Notes: generated from the sequence alone by a model not told the origin. 64,000 nt of DNA from Candidatus Omnitrophota bacterium (GCA_029261065.1 JAJDCB010000013.1:9868-73867); one strand, 5' to 3'; shown: positions 28,108 through 38,161, numbered from the stretch's first letter. Program-made: numbers and translations.

Positions 28108-28120
28108 CGAGCTTCCCTTT

Positions 28121-29053
28121 TTAGTGTATTTGTTTGAGTTTAACGTGTTTCAAAATTTTGTGACTATCACTGATTTTAAACTTTTTATCATAAGGTGTCC
28201 CAGCGTAAGCACTGGCATGAGCAACGGCGCGAGTGAGACTATTAGAAAAACTCCTTCCCGATAAATGCTCTTTTAAAAATGCAGCCAACAATACATCACC
28301 ACAACCCACATCACGATAAGAACGCTTTGATGGCGGAGTCACAATCCAAACCTCTTTCTGATTGGATGCAACACACCCCTTTTTACTTAAAGAGATTATA
28401 GCAAGTTTTACTCCAAATGCATGAATTTTATCGATAGCCTTGAGATAATGTTTATGGGTTCTCAATGGACCACGATACAACGATTTTAATTCGGTTGCAT
28501 TAGGTTTAACGAGATATGGTTTCGCCTTTATCCCTTCAATAAGTGGGGTTTGGCTTGCATCAAGAACACTTAATACTCCCCTTTTATGAGCTAATTTAAT
28601 AAGACGATTATACATCGAAACAGACGCCCCTTGCGGGAGGCTTCCGGCAAAAACAACACAACGACTTTTGGATAACAGTTTTGTAAATTTCTTTTGAAAT
28701 AACGTAAAGTTTTTTGATTTAAAAGTCCCCATCAAGCGCGTCTGTTTTTTATTTCTTGTATCGATGATCGTTACATTTTCTCGAGTCATCCCTTCAGTCA
28801 TTACAAATTCATTTGCAATCCCTTCTTGATCCAGCCTCTCTTTTAAATGGGAACCCGTCATGCCAGCAAGAAATCCGGTTGCTCGTGTTGGGACGTTTAA
28901 ACGCGTGAGAAAACGCGAAACATTCACACCCTTGCCACCGGCCTGCACGTATTGCTGTGTCACGTTAGATGTAGAACCAAGCTTAAAATCTTTAAGCAAG
29001 ATCATCCGATCAATGGCCGGATTAAGCGTAACCGTTAAGATGTATTTAGACAT
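28121..29053 (-). CDS. 1-phosphofructokinase family hexose kinase (PfkB/FruK/LacC family)
   Basis: TVTLNPAID, AGGKGVNVS, TREN, GSLP.G, KPN..EL and DVGCGD. Confidence 0.93.
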   Translation of the reverse strand: MSKYILTVTLNPAIDRMILLKDFKLGSTSNVTQQYVQAGGKGVNVSRFLTRLNVPTRATGFLAGMTGSHLKERLDQEGIANEFVMTEGMTRENVTIIDTRNKKQTRLMGTFKSKNFTLFQKKFTKLLSKSRCVVFAGSLPQGASVSMYNRLIKLAHKRGVLSVLDASQTPLIEGIKAKPYLVKPNATELKSLYRGPLRTHKHYLKAIDKIHAFGVKLAIISLSKKGCVASNQKEVWIVTPPSKRSYRDVGCGDVLLAAFLKEHLSGRSFSNSLTRAVAHASAYAGTPYDKKFKISDSHKILKHVKLKQIH

Positions 29054-29057
29054 TTAT

Positions 29058-29876
29058 TTAGTGATTTGAAAAATCGAACAGATTAGAATATTGAAACTCA
29101 TAACTTAACAAAGACTTTAATTTCTTATTTGAAACTTTTTTTCCCTTAACCTCAGCAGATGTATCAAATGTTGGCAAGGGTACCTTTAAATGTTTGGCCG
29201 CTCGTTCGTATAATTCTTTTCTTAAGGGATGTTCATCACAACAAACATTAATAACACCAGGGGATACATTGTTTTCTACAATTTTTAACAAAATAGATAC
29301 GACATCTTCAAAATGAACTAAATTCACATAGCCTTGTGCACTTTTTATACTCTTTTTTCCTGACAAAAATTTTCCAATCATCCTCTCTCCCCCAAATAAT
29401 CCAGCCAATCGTAAAACCGTTGTTTGAAATAAGGAGCTATTTAAAAACATTTCTTCTACCGTCTTTAAAACTTTAGATCTTTCATTATCTGGAACAAAAT
29501 CTAGATCTTCATAAGCATCGCAAACGGTCTCTGGATAGATTGATGTTGAGCTGGCGAAAATAACACGTTGAATTCTTGAGGATTCAATAAAAGGCACCAA
29601 TGCATCACATTGCTTTTTATATTCCCAAGGATCCTTAAATCCTCGGCGGAAAGGAATATTTAAAAAAAGCACGTCTGAATCAAAGAAGTCTTTTATTGTA
29701 GGATTTAAATCTGGGGTTTTAATGAGAAAAGGGGTGATATTCAAAGAGCTTAATTGTTCTAATGTTTCTGGAGACGTGCTAGAACCTTTAACAGCAAACC
29801 CCTGTTGTAAAAACCGTTTCGCTGCAGGCAAACCTAAATAACCACATCCTAAAATGCTAATACTATTTTGTGACAT
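29058..29876 (-). CDS. NAD(P)-dependent SDR/epimerase-dehydratase family protein (YeeZ-like)
   Basis: ILGCGYLG Rossmann motif, VKGS, SSTSIY, LRLAGL.G and VNLVH.ED. Confidence 0.88.
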   Translation of the reverse strand: MSQNSISILGCGYLGLPAAKRFLQQGFAVKGSSTSPETLEQLSSLNITPFLIKTPDLNPTIKDFFDSDVLFLNIPFRRGFKDPWEYKKQCDALVPFIESSRIQRVIFASSTSIYPETVCDAYEDLDFVPDNERSKVLKTVEEMFLNSSLFQTTVLRLAGLFGGERMIGKFLSGKKSIKSAQGYVNLVHFEDVVSILLKIVENNVSPGVINVCCDEHPLRKELYERAAKHLKVPLPTFDTSAEVKGKKVSNKKLKSLLSYEFQYSNLFDFSNH

Positions 29877-29962
29877 ATGATGCCTTTAAGTTTTGAGGTA
29901 GCAAAGAGGCTCTCATAAGAGTGTAAGGTGAGAAAAATAATATTGAATCACTTAAATATTAT

Positions 29963-30454
29963 TTATAAATATTTTTCTAATTCCGTCCAAGACTTCTTGC
30001 CAATAATCCCATCTGTTGTCAATCCATGATCAGCCTGAAAAGTAAGAATAGCTTTTTTTGTACCCCGACCGATCTTGCCATCAACACTGCCTTTATAATA
30101 TCCTGAGTTTTTTAAAGCTGTCTGAATTTTTTGAGAACTGACATTAACACGAACAATATCAGAACTGGATCTTGTCTTTTTCGAATTGTAACTTGTTGTT
30201 TTTACAGAAGATCTTGAAAGCACAGGCTCCTCTATGTAGCTTCCAAAAGAATGCGTATCTGTTGAATCAAGTTGTGAGGAAAGATCCTCGACTTCTTCCT
30301 TTAAGACAGCAACTTCTTCATCACGATCTTCCAGTTTACGTTCTAATTGAGAGACCTTAATTTGAAGTTGATTCATCGCCGTTGGTTGGGTAACGGCGGA
30401 ACACCCCGATAACAGCCCAACAGCTAAAAATGTAATGATAATATTTGATTTCAC
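29963..30454 (-). CDS. Lipoprotein with a coiled coil and a C-terminal peptidoglycan-binding domain
   Basis: Lipobox LLSGC; heptad coil; IQ.AL...GYY.G.VDG.IG..T..AI..FQ...GL..DGIIG..W; SD AGGAGAGGAGG. Confidence 0.9.
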   Translation of the reverse strand: MKSNIIITFLAVGLLSGCSAVTQPTAMNQLQIKVSQLERKLEDRDEEVAVLKEEVEDLSSQLDSTDTHSFGSYIEEPVLSRSSVKTTSYNSKKTRSSSDIVRVNVSSQKIQTALKNSGYYKGSVDGKIGRGTKKAILTFQADHGLTTDGIIGKKSWTELEKYL

Positions 30455-30565
30455 AAATCCCTCCTCTCCTTTTAATCATTTTAGAAAATGATTATCCAGG
30501 AATTACGAATTAATTTTCTTAAGTCTAAAAAGTTTGATTGCGTTATTGTTCAGACTTAGAAAAAG

Positions 30566-32386
30566 TTATAAATTATTTTTTTTCATACTGTAATCTTTAG
30601 AAGCATCACTCCAGTCATAATCTGTTTCAAGCAAAAGGATAGTTTGAATATAGGCCAAATGAGAATACCCTTGTGGGAAATTACCAATAAGACGTTTGGT
30701 GGCAATCTCGACATCTTCTGAATAAAGACCTAAATGGTTACTGCATCGTTGCATGTTCTCAAACATGTCCCGCGCTTTTCTTTCCTCGCCAATCAAATAC
30801 AGGGCATTAATCATCCAAAACGTGCAAACAATAAAAGCATTTTCTGGAAGACCAAACTCATCTTCCGCTATATATCGAAATGTAAAACCTTGTTTAACCA
30901 AATGCTGATAAGATTTCTCTACGGTACTAACCATCCGTGGATCTGTTTTATCCAAAAAGCCATAATGCAGCATTAACAAGTTTGAGGCATCATAGTATTC
31001 AGATCCATAATACATCGTGAAGGATTTTAGTTTTTCATTCCAGCCATTTGCGAGAATATCTTCCTTAATTTCATCAGCCAACTTACTCCAACTCTCCACA
31101 TGATCCGTCTTATTAACATACTTTGCAATCTTCACCGCCCGATCCATAGCCACCCAATTCATCAATTTCGAATGCACATAGTGCTGCAAAGCCTCTCTTC
31201 TCTCCCAAATACCACTATCTGGCTTTTGCCAAATATCACGGACACGATTAACTAAGGAGCGCGTCATCGTCCATATTTCTTCATTCACTTGATAGTGATC
31301 ACGACGATTGACAACGAAATAAGTATAAATCGTTTCAATCAACTCCCCATACAAATCATTTTGCTTTTGTCGATAAGCATCATTTCCGATACGTACAGGC
31401 TTAGAATCTTCGTAACCAGCTAAATGATCCAATTCAATTTCCGTTAATTCTTCCTCACCATTAATCCCATACATGACACGAATATCTTCATGTTTTAATA
31501 ACATACGATTTAAGATAAAATCGATAAAACCATTAGCAGATTCAATATGACCAATACGAATGTAGGTATCAATAATCATCGCCGCATCACGCACCCAACA
31601 AAATCGATAGTCCCAATTTCGATTGCCTCCAATAATTTCTGGGAATGACGTTGTCGGAGCTGCAATGACAGCCCCTGTTCTTTGATACATCAAAAGTTTT
31701 AATGTGATAGCTGAGCGACTAATTTGCTCTTTAAAATTGGGAGGATAATTCGTACGTTGAACCCAATCTAACCAATAGGACTTTGTTTTTTCATATTCTA
31801 AAAAAATCTTATCGTTATCAATATTTTCAAGTTTCTCGTGATAAGACAATAGAAAATAGGAATACTCATCTAACTCGATTTCTTCTGAATTTAAAATTTT
31901 AGCCGCATCAAGATTACTATAAAGATAAAAACTATTGTACTCCCCTGCCTGAGACATAATCTTGATGTAATCTTTTTTTAATGCATATGTGGCGGGACCT
32001 AACGCATAATTAGGGCTAGCATTTAAGGTAACAACAATACGAGGATTTCCAGAGATAACGCGAATCTTTCGATGCAATTCCGAAGGACAATAATAACCGC
32101 CACGGACAGCCATAAAACGTGGCATGTAATCGTTAACTTCGAAAGCCCCTTGCTTGGTCGTAAAAGTCGTTTTAAGAATGGCGGTGTGTGTTATGTAGGC
32201 TTGTTTGACTTCGGTGACATCAACTGCTTCAATTGTAAAGAATCCCCCCTTCTTAGAATCAAGGACTTTCGCAAATAGCGATGGAGAATCAAAAAATGGA
32301 AGACAGAGCCATTCAATAGAACATTGGGATGTAATGAGCGCTGCACTCGTGCAGTTGCCCACGATCCCATAATCGTAACTTTTCAT
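30566..32386 (-). CDS. Glycoside hydrolase family 15 protein (trehalase/glucoamylase-like)
   Basis: YG.VGNC..AAL, WLC.P.FDSP, AAPTTS.PE..GG.RNWDYR..W.RD, D.GIWE and LYSE...GNFPQ.YSH. Confidence 0.95.
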   Translation of the reverse strand: MKSYDYGIVGNCTSAALITSQCSIEWLCLPFFDSPSLFAKVLDSKKGGFFTIEAVDVTEVKQAYITHTAILKTTFTTKQGAFEVNDYMPRFMAVRGGYYCPSELHRKIRVISGNPRIVVTLNASPNYALGPATYALKKDYIKIMSQAGEYNSFYLYSNLDAAKILNSEEIELDEYSYFLLSYHEKLENIDNDKIFLEYEKTKSYWLDWVQRTNYPPNFKEQISRSAITLKLLMYQRTGAVIAAPTTSFPEIIGGNRNWDYRFCWVRDAAMIIDTYIRIGHIESANGFIDFILNRMLLKHEDIRVMYGINGEEELTEIELDHLAGYEDSKPVRIGNDAYRQKQNDLYGELIETIYTYFVVNRRDHYQVNEEIWTMTRSLVNRVRDIWQKPDSGIWERREALQHYVHSKLMNWVAMDRAVKIAKYVNKTDHVESWSKLADEIKEDILANGWNEKLKSFTMYYGSEYYDASNLLMLHYGFLDKTDPRMVSTVEKSYQHLVKQGFTFRYIAEDEFGLPENAFIVCTFWMINALYLIGEERKARDMFENMQRCSNHLGLYSEDVEIATKRLIGNFPQGYSHLAYIQTILLLETDYDWSDASKDYSMKKNNL

Positions 32387-32539
32387 AATGAGGAATATAC
32401 TACTTTAATTGAAGATAATTTTATAATAATATTTTAACGGTATAATAATTATTTTAACACAAAGAAAATATGTGCCTATGAGTTCTTCATATATTTTATA
32501 GGACTCAAATAGAGAATTTAAACACGGGATTCTCTTGAT

Positions 32540-33148
32540 TTAATACTTCACAGAACAACCATAAGACTTTGTTTCAGAATCTGTAACACTAACACCTGAC
32601 ATCGCTTGATTAAGAGCATTTAAGACATAATTATCGGCATCCGCTATTCCAGCAGGATCAAATCCATCGTCACTATCAATAGCCCCTTGATAAATAAGGA
32701 CACCATCAGGATTAACCACAAACATATGCGGCGTCGTTTGTGCCTCATAGAGATTGCCAACAGTACCATCGGTGTCAATCAAGTAGGAACTCGGTGTAGC
32801 GGACTGCTCTTCAATGCGCGCATTAATTTCCTGAGGTGTAAAGTTTCCTTGCTTGCCTTCTGCGGAAGAATTAATAGATAACCAGACGACATTTTGGGCG
32901 ACAAATTGAGCTTGCAGGTTTTGCATATTTTCACTGTCATAATGCTTCTTAACAAAAGGACAATCGTAATTAACCCACTCAAGCACAACGTACTTTCCTT
33001 GATAATCAGATAAAGAACGCTGCTGGCCAGTTGAATCTGTTAAGGTAAAATCTGGTGCTGGTGAATTAATATCTACATAAGCCTCACTTGGCCGTGCCAA
33101 TGCGACAAACACGATCAAACAAAAAAAACCAATCATTATTTTTTTCAT
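32540..33148 (-). CDS. Secreted thioredoxin-fold redoxin (AhpC/TSA-like)
   Basis: APDFTL.D, VVLEW.N.DCPFV.KHY, A.TTPH, Y.GAID and YGCSVKY; SD GAGGAGGG. Confidence 0.9.
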   Translation of the reverse strand: MKKIMIGFFCLIVFVALARPSEAYVDINSPAPDFTLTDSTGQQRSLSDYQGKYVVLEWVNYDCPFVKKHYDSENMQNLQAQFVAQNVVWLSINSSAEGKQGNFTPQEINARIEEQSATPSSYLIDTDGTVGNLYEAQTTPHMFVVNPDGVLIYQGAIDSDDGFDPAGIADADNYVLNALNQAMSGVSVTDSETKSYGCSVKY

Positions 33149-33179
33149 AACACCCTCCTCTTTTAATAAACCATTATTA

Positions 33180-35309
33180 TTACGGAATAGATTCTAATGC
33201 TTCTAATACAATCTTTGTTGTTAACAACTCCGGAAGAGAAATAATATCACCCTTTTTGCCCTTTGTATACAACACATAAAAGGGAATACTCTTCTTTCCA
33301 AATTCAGCTAAAAGCTTGGTAATATCTTCATCATAATCCGTCCAGTCCGCTTTAAGAAAAACCACTTCTTTTTCCTTAAATTTTTGAACAACATTTTTTC
33401 TATCTAACACAAGCCTTTCATTGACTTGACAGGTTAAACACCATGAAGCTGTAAAATCTAAAAATACTGTTTTATCGCTCTCTAACAATTGTTTCAATAA
33501 CTCCGGTGAATAATTTTGCCATTGCAATTTTTGTGAAACACCCCTATTATTCGTCTCACCAACACTATGATCCCTAATGGAGAAATAAAGACAATTTGCA
33601 CCAACAAGCACACTTAAGACCATTAATATCAAAAGCACACGAGACTTTTTAAGGGAATAAAACCAAACGCCTAATGCGATAAAGAGCAAACCAAACAACA
33701 AGAATGCCATCGCACCCAATCCACCCAACTGGCCTAAAACCCAAGCCAGCCATAACACAGTTAATAAAAACACGAACCCAAAAAATTGTTTTAAGGCATT
33801 CATCCATGGGCCCGGTCTAGGCAGTTTGCTAAGTAATGATGGCGACATAGCAAGCAAACAATAAGGCATGGCCATCCCCACGCCTAACGACGTGAAAACG
33901 ATAAAAGTCACCCAAAAAGGTTGTGTTAATCCATAGCCTAAAGCTGATCCCATAAAAGGGGCTGTGCACGGTGTTGCCACTAACGTTGTAAGCATACCGT
34001 TAAAAAAATAAGATTGCCCGCTTAGACCATTATTTTTTGTTTTCTGAGAAAAGGCAATTTGAAACTCAAACAGCCCAAATTGATTTAAGGCTAATAACAA
34101 AAATAGGACCGCCATTAAAACGATGAATATAGGCGATTGAAATTGAAATCCCCACCCCAATAAATAACCAGCTCCTTTCATAACTAACACGATGCCGGCT
34201 AAAATCCAAAACATAAAAATCACACCCATAGCAAACATCAAAGCCTGAGACATTATTGACTTTTTATCATTTTGGGTATGCTCAATGAGTTGCAAAACTT
34301 TTATCGATAACACCGGTAGAACACAAGGCATCAAATTTAATATAAGCCCGCCCAAAAGTGCAAAAATGATAGCTAACCCTAAATGAGAAACCTCATTATT
34401 TCCTACATATGATTGAGGAGATTTCTGTATCTTAACCTCATGAGCTTCCACCTCAATAGCCAAAGATGAAACCCCTCGCCCCCAACCTGATTTGGCCTCA
34501 ATAATCCCCTCTAACATATCAACAGATTCTTTTGCAAGATCTGACCTTTTAACATGCAAGGAATAATGTCCATCAGTAAACCTCGTTAAAACTTGCTTTG
34601 CGGCATGATCAATAACATCGTTTTGATAAGGATAAAAATAAACACTCTCTAAATTGACAAACTCTCCCTCAGGGGGAATCAGTTTTAGACGATAATCAAA
34701 TTCATGATTTTCAAAATTTAGCTGCCAACCATGCTCTTTTACAGGTAAAAAACTTTTTAAATCGTTAGGCCATTGGGAATTTTTTATAGGTTCAGAAATT
34801 GTAGCCGGCAACGTCAAAAAAAGATTAGCCCCTCCTGGCACACATTCAATCTTGCAAGCCAACCACTTAACATGAGCTTTAACTGTATAAGGAGTATTTG
34901 GATTTAAATGCCGTGGTGTAAGAATTTTACTAGTGAGATAAACCTCTCCTTCATATCCATAACTCGTCAACGATTCTATATTAATGCGTTCGGGGTATGG
35001 CCATTGAATATCTTGGGCTTCAAACCCTTCGGGTAGAGTCCATTCAATTTCCGGAGTAAAACCTGAATCGCCTGGATTACGCCAGTAAACGTGCCAATGC
35101 TCATCCATTGTCATGCGTAATGCAACGGTTATTGACTGAGCAGGTTTAAGCGAAAGAGTTTCACTTATCAGTTCAACTTCCGTATTGGCATCTTTTATAA
35201 TTTGAGCTGATGACGGCGAGGAAAGATACAAAAAAAATCCTGTTAAGAGAAACAGGATTTTAAGAAGCCGAAAGTATTTTTCTATTAATAAATTAGATCC
35301 AAAAAACAT
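33180..35309 (-). CDS. dsbD: DsbD-like thiol:disulfide interchange protein
   Basis: N-domain WH.YWRNPGDSG...WLAC..EC; TM domain LNLMPCVLP and ATPCTAP; C-terminal thioredoxin FTASWCLTC. Confidence 0.92.
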   Translation of the reverse strand: MFFGSNLLIEKYFRLLKILFLLTGFFLYLSSPSSAQIIKDANTEVELISETLSLKPAQSITVALRMTMDEHWHVYWRNPGDSGFTPEIEWTLPEGFEAQDIQWPYPERINIESLTSYGYEGEVYLTSKILTPRHLNPNTPYTVKAHVKWLACKIECVPGGANLFLTLPATISEPIKNSQWPNDLKSFLPVKEHGWQLNFENHEFDYRLKLIPPEGEFVNLESVYFYPYQNDVIDHAAKQVLTRFTDGHYSLHVKRSDLAKESVDMLEGIIEAKSGWGRGVSSLAIEVEAHEVKIQKSPQSYVGNNEVSHLGLAIIFALLGGLILNLMPCVLPVLSIKVLQLIEHTQNDKKSIMSQALMFAMGVIFMFWILAGIVLVMKGAGYLLGWGFQFQSPIFIVLMAVLFLLLALNQFGLFEFQIAFSQKTKNNGLSGQSYFFNGMLTTLVATPCTAPFMGSALGYGLTQPFWVTFIVFTSLGVGMAMPYCLLAMSPSLLSKLPRPGPWMNALKQFFGFVFLLTVLWLAWVLGQLGGLGAMAFLLFGLLFIALGVWFYSLKKSRVLLILMVLSVLVGANCLYFSIRDHSVGETNNRGVSQKLQWQNYSPELLKQLLESDKTVFLDFTASWCLTCQVNERLVLDRKNVVQKFKEKEVVFLKADWTDYDEDITKLLAEFGKKSIPFYVLYTKGKKGDIISLPELLTTKIVLEALESIP

Positions 35310-36037
35310 TACTGACCTTCGTTATGGATCACATGATATTGCATCATATTTACCTTAACTTTTTTGGAGATCTCAGGATAGTGTTTCTCAAAATAAACCA
35401 TAGCATCATCCGACTCATTTAGCACCTCTGCTGTATATTCAAAACCAGGCTTGATAACGGGGACACCGCCTAACTTAATCTTTTCTTTCGTACCTAAAAC
35501 ATTAAGGGTGCCAATGTAGGATATCGTACTACTCAACACTTCAAATGTAATTAAAATTTCTTCCTCCGCCGTGGTTGAGCCTACAGGAATAGAAATAGAG
35601 GAGATTCTATAGACGCCCGCTGGCAACTCAATGAAAAAGTATCCTGGTTGTACTGCTTTTACATCCCAAGAAAAATGTGTCTGAGCGGATTTATCACCAA
35701 TATACAATTGAAATTTATTGTCCTCATTATTGACATCTTCGATAAAGAATTTAACATACGTCGTCTGTAATACACCTTGAAAATCCGTCTTTGCAAAAAT
35801 GACACCTTTCTCCTCTACATACTCTTGCAGTGTTTCCGATTTAACATTTTCTAATTCCGGGGAAAGATCATTATCAGGCAGAATTGCCTGAGTGCTAGAA
35901 GATTCTTCGTGCTCTTGCTTCTCAACAACAACCTCTTGAACTATAGGAAGCTCTACATCAGGTGGCATCACCTCACTGACCGTGGCGCATCCGGATAGAA
36001 GCATGAGGGATAAGAGATAGGTCAGTAATTTTTTCAT
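35309..36037 (-). CDS. Hypothetical lipoprotein
   Basis: Lipobox LLSGC; GYF.IELPAG.Y and YIG.L beta-rich domain; TAATG coupling to dsbD. Confidence 0.8.
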   Translation of the reverse strand: MKKLLTYLLSLMLLSGCATVSEVMPPDVELPIVQEVVVEKQEHEESSSTQAILPDNDLSPELENVKSETLQEYVEEKGVIFAKTDFQGVLQTTYVKFFIEDVNNEDNKFQLYIGDKSAQTHFSWDVKAVQPGYFFIELPAGVYRISSISIPVGSTTAEEEILITFEVLSSTISYIGTLNVLGTKEKIKLGGVPVIKPGFEYTAEVLNESDDAMVYFEKHYPEISKKVKVNMMQYHVIHNEGQ

Positions 36038-36221
36038 TTAAAACCGTATTCCTTTTCACTATAAAAATGATTTCTATAGGAGATGTAGTTTAACAAAAAT
36101 GACCCCTTCTAATCAAGTACTAGTTCAACAGTTTTTCCCCTTTGTAATATAAACAAAATATGGCGCAATATTATTTGGTTGAAAAACAAAAATACGGGGA
36201 TTCTTTTGGGGGGAGGAATGC

Positions 36222-36241
36222 TGAATAGAGTACTCTATTCA
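36222..36241. promoter_or_regulatory. Perfect 20-bp palindrome, candidate operator
   Basis: TGAATAGAGTACTCTATTCA equals its own reverse complement; a partial second copy ATAGAGTACTC lies at 36257-36267. Function is inferred. Confidence 0.5.
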
Positions 36242-36270
36242 TCTATCAAAAGATGCATAGAGTACTCATT

Positions 36271-36304
36271 AAAAAAACGGCACAAGGAAAACCTTGTGCC
36301 GTTT
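36271..36304 (-). terminator. Rho-independent terminator
   Basis: Minus strand AAACGGCACAAGG-TTTT-CCTTGTGCCGTTT, a perfect stem ending in a run of 7 T. Confidence 0.9.
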
Positions 36305-36329
36305 GGGCTGCATAATCAAAAACATCAAC

Positions 36330-36683
36330 TTACGTTAACGCCTCTGACTTTTTGGGGGAGAAAGCTTTATGCTTCCAACTAATATGGATATTAAGAGTAT
36401 GCTGAAAATCCACCTTTAACAACATACGCTTTTGCTTAACGAAAAAATGCCCTTTTACAAGAAAGTTGAATTTCTCCACTCTCCTGCGGGTATTAAATGA
36501 CTTCTTAATGAAGACCTCAGGAGCAACTGTTTTAGGCTCCTTTTCTTCACTGACTGATACTTTATAAGTAAACTTCTTAAGGACATGAGTAATACACTCA
36601 TTATCCTCTGTGCGCGAAGTGATACGAACTAACTTCATCTTTTTTTTAGGATCGTTCAATCTTTTAAATTGTAATTTCTTCAT
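36330..36683 (-). CDS. Lysine-rich basic hypothetical protein (117 aa)
   Basis: Start reassigned to ATG 36683 after SD AAGGGGAG; upstream extended -10 TGCTATACT; followed by a strong terminator. Confidence 0.8.
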   Translation of the reverse strand: MKKLQFKRLNDPKKKMKLVRITSRTEDNECITHVLKKFTYKVSVSEEKEPKTVAPEVFIKKSFNTRRRVEKFNFLVKGHFFVKQKRMLLKVDFQHTLNIHISWKHKAFSPKKSEALT

Positions 36684-36955
36684 GTTTGACTCCCCTTTGT
36701 TTGACAGTGAAAGTATAGCATTCAAGGGTAGTCGAACAAGAGCGATACAGGGCTTTGCAGAAAACGTTTTCTTGATTTATCAGCGACGGAAAAAGGTTGA
36801 GATGCCTTTCATCGTGATAATTGTGGTGAGAATATATTGAAGGGTATTAATCCAAATAGAACCTAAATCAAAAAAGGGTAGGATGTTATGTTAACTAAGG
36901 AGAGGTGAGTTCGAAAATTATGTAAACCATTTATTTTCAACATGTTACAATATAT

Positions 36956-37582
36956 TTACTTTTTGCCTAAAAAAGATAAAGGCACGCGAGGCTCTTCGCC
37001 TCTGAGCAACCTTTTGACATTTGGGCGATGCCTTATGACCACAAAAATACAAAGTAAAACCCCAACAAAAATAATCTCCAAAGGCTGACTGGTTAACGCC
37101 ATAATAACAGGAAGTGTAATAGCAGCTAAAATCGAAGATAGTGACACAATGGCCGTTATTAAAAAGCTGACCACCCAGACAATAAGGGTAATCGCAAGAA
37201 CAGGCCAAATTGAGGCTATTTTGATGGCCAGACCAATAAGAACACCCAAGGTCGTCGCGATCCCCTTACCCCCTTTAAATTTAAGGAAAATCGTCCAATT
37301 ATGCCCACTGATAACACATATGGACAATAAGAGCCTATGATAAATTTCTGTTAGACCCAGTACATCAGCAATCAAAACAACAGCTAAAAGACCCTTTAAA
37401 ATATCCAAAATTAAAACAATCGCTCCAGGCCCTTTTCCTAAAACCCTAAAGACATTTGTGGCCCCCACATTTCCGGACCCATGTTCCCTTATATCTAAGC
37501 CCTTTGAGAGCTTTCCAAATATATAGGCTGTTGGGATGGAACCCATCAAATAACTTAAAAAAGCTCCTATCACAATAATCAT
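36956..37582 (-). CDS. plsY: Glycerol-3-phosphate acyltransferase PlsY
   Basis: YL.GSIP, DIR.HGSGNVGATN..R, D.LKG, GH...F..FKGGKGIAT and RH..N..RL..G.E. Confidence 0.97.
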   Translation of the reverse strand: MIIVIGAFLSYLMGSIPTAYIFGKLSKGLDIREHGSGNVGATNVFRVLGKGPGAIVLILDILKGLLAVVLIADVLGLTEIYHRLLLSICVISGHNWTIFLKFKGGKGIATTLGVLIGLAIKIASIWPVLAITLIVWVVSFLITAIVSLSSILAAITLPVIMALTSQPLEIIFVGVLLCIFVVIRHRPNVKRLLRGEEPRVPLSFLGKK

Positions 37583-37587
37583 TTAAC

Positions 37588-38145
37588 CTACGCCTCCTTC
37601 TGTAAAATTTTAAACCCTTTAATCACATAATCTAAACCAGAAATGATGGTCAGCCCCAAAACAACATACCAAACATAATGACTTATCGACCATTGCATTA
37701 ACAAAAATACAATGGCGAATACTTGAGAAAATGTGCACGCCTTACTCCAATGCGAAGCCTGAAACGTAATGGGAATATGCAACAAATAAATAATGCCAAT
37801 ACCAATTAGAATAATAATATCACGACTTAGCACAGCAACAATCAACCAAATTGGAAACTTTACGACCTCAAACATTGGCCCCATTTTATAGAGAACGAGA
37901 AAACCACTAATCAATAAAAGCTTATCGGCCACGGGATCAAGAATCGCTCCTATCTGTGATGTTTGTTGAAATCGACGGGCAACATAACCATCAAGACCAT
38001 CTAAAGCAGCCGCTAAAGAAAATAAAGCTAAAGCCACATATCTTAAATAATCTTTCTCAGGAGAATAATACAAAACGGTTGTAACAAAAAAAGGAACAAT
38101 GAGGATACGAAGACATGTGAGTTGATTGGCGAGGGCTGCATTCAT
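37588..38145 (-). CDS. CDP-alcohol phosphatidyltransferase (PgsA-like)
   Basis: AN.LT..RI and D.LDG..AR...Q.S..GA.LDP.ADK; start reassigned to MNAALAN to avoid overlap with the upstream gene. Confidence 0.92.
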   Translation of the reverse strand: MNAALANQLTCLRILIVPFFVTTVLYYSPEKDYLRYVALALFSLAAALDGLDGYVARRFQQTSQIGAILDPVADKLLLISGFLVLYKMGPMFEVVKFPIWLIVAVLSRDIIILIGIGIIYLLHIPITFQASHWSKACTFSQVFAIVFLLMQWSISHYVWYVVLGLTIISGLDYVIKGFKILQKEA

Positions 38146-38161
38146 AATTAGGATAAGGTAA

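Noticed and set aside
36179-36382. 67-aa plus-strand ORF (and 36610-36840)
   Set aside because: It runs through a palindrome and a terminator and overlaps the antisense strand of the 117-aa gene; no support for coding.
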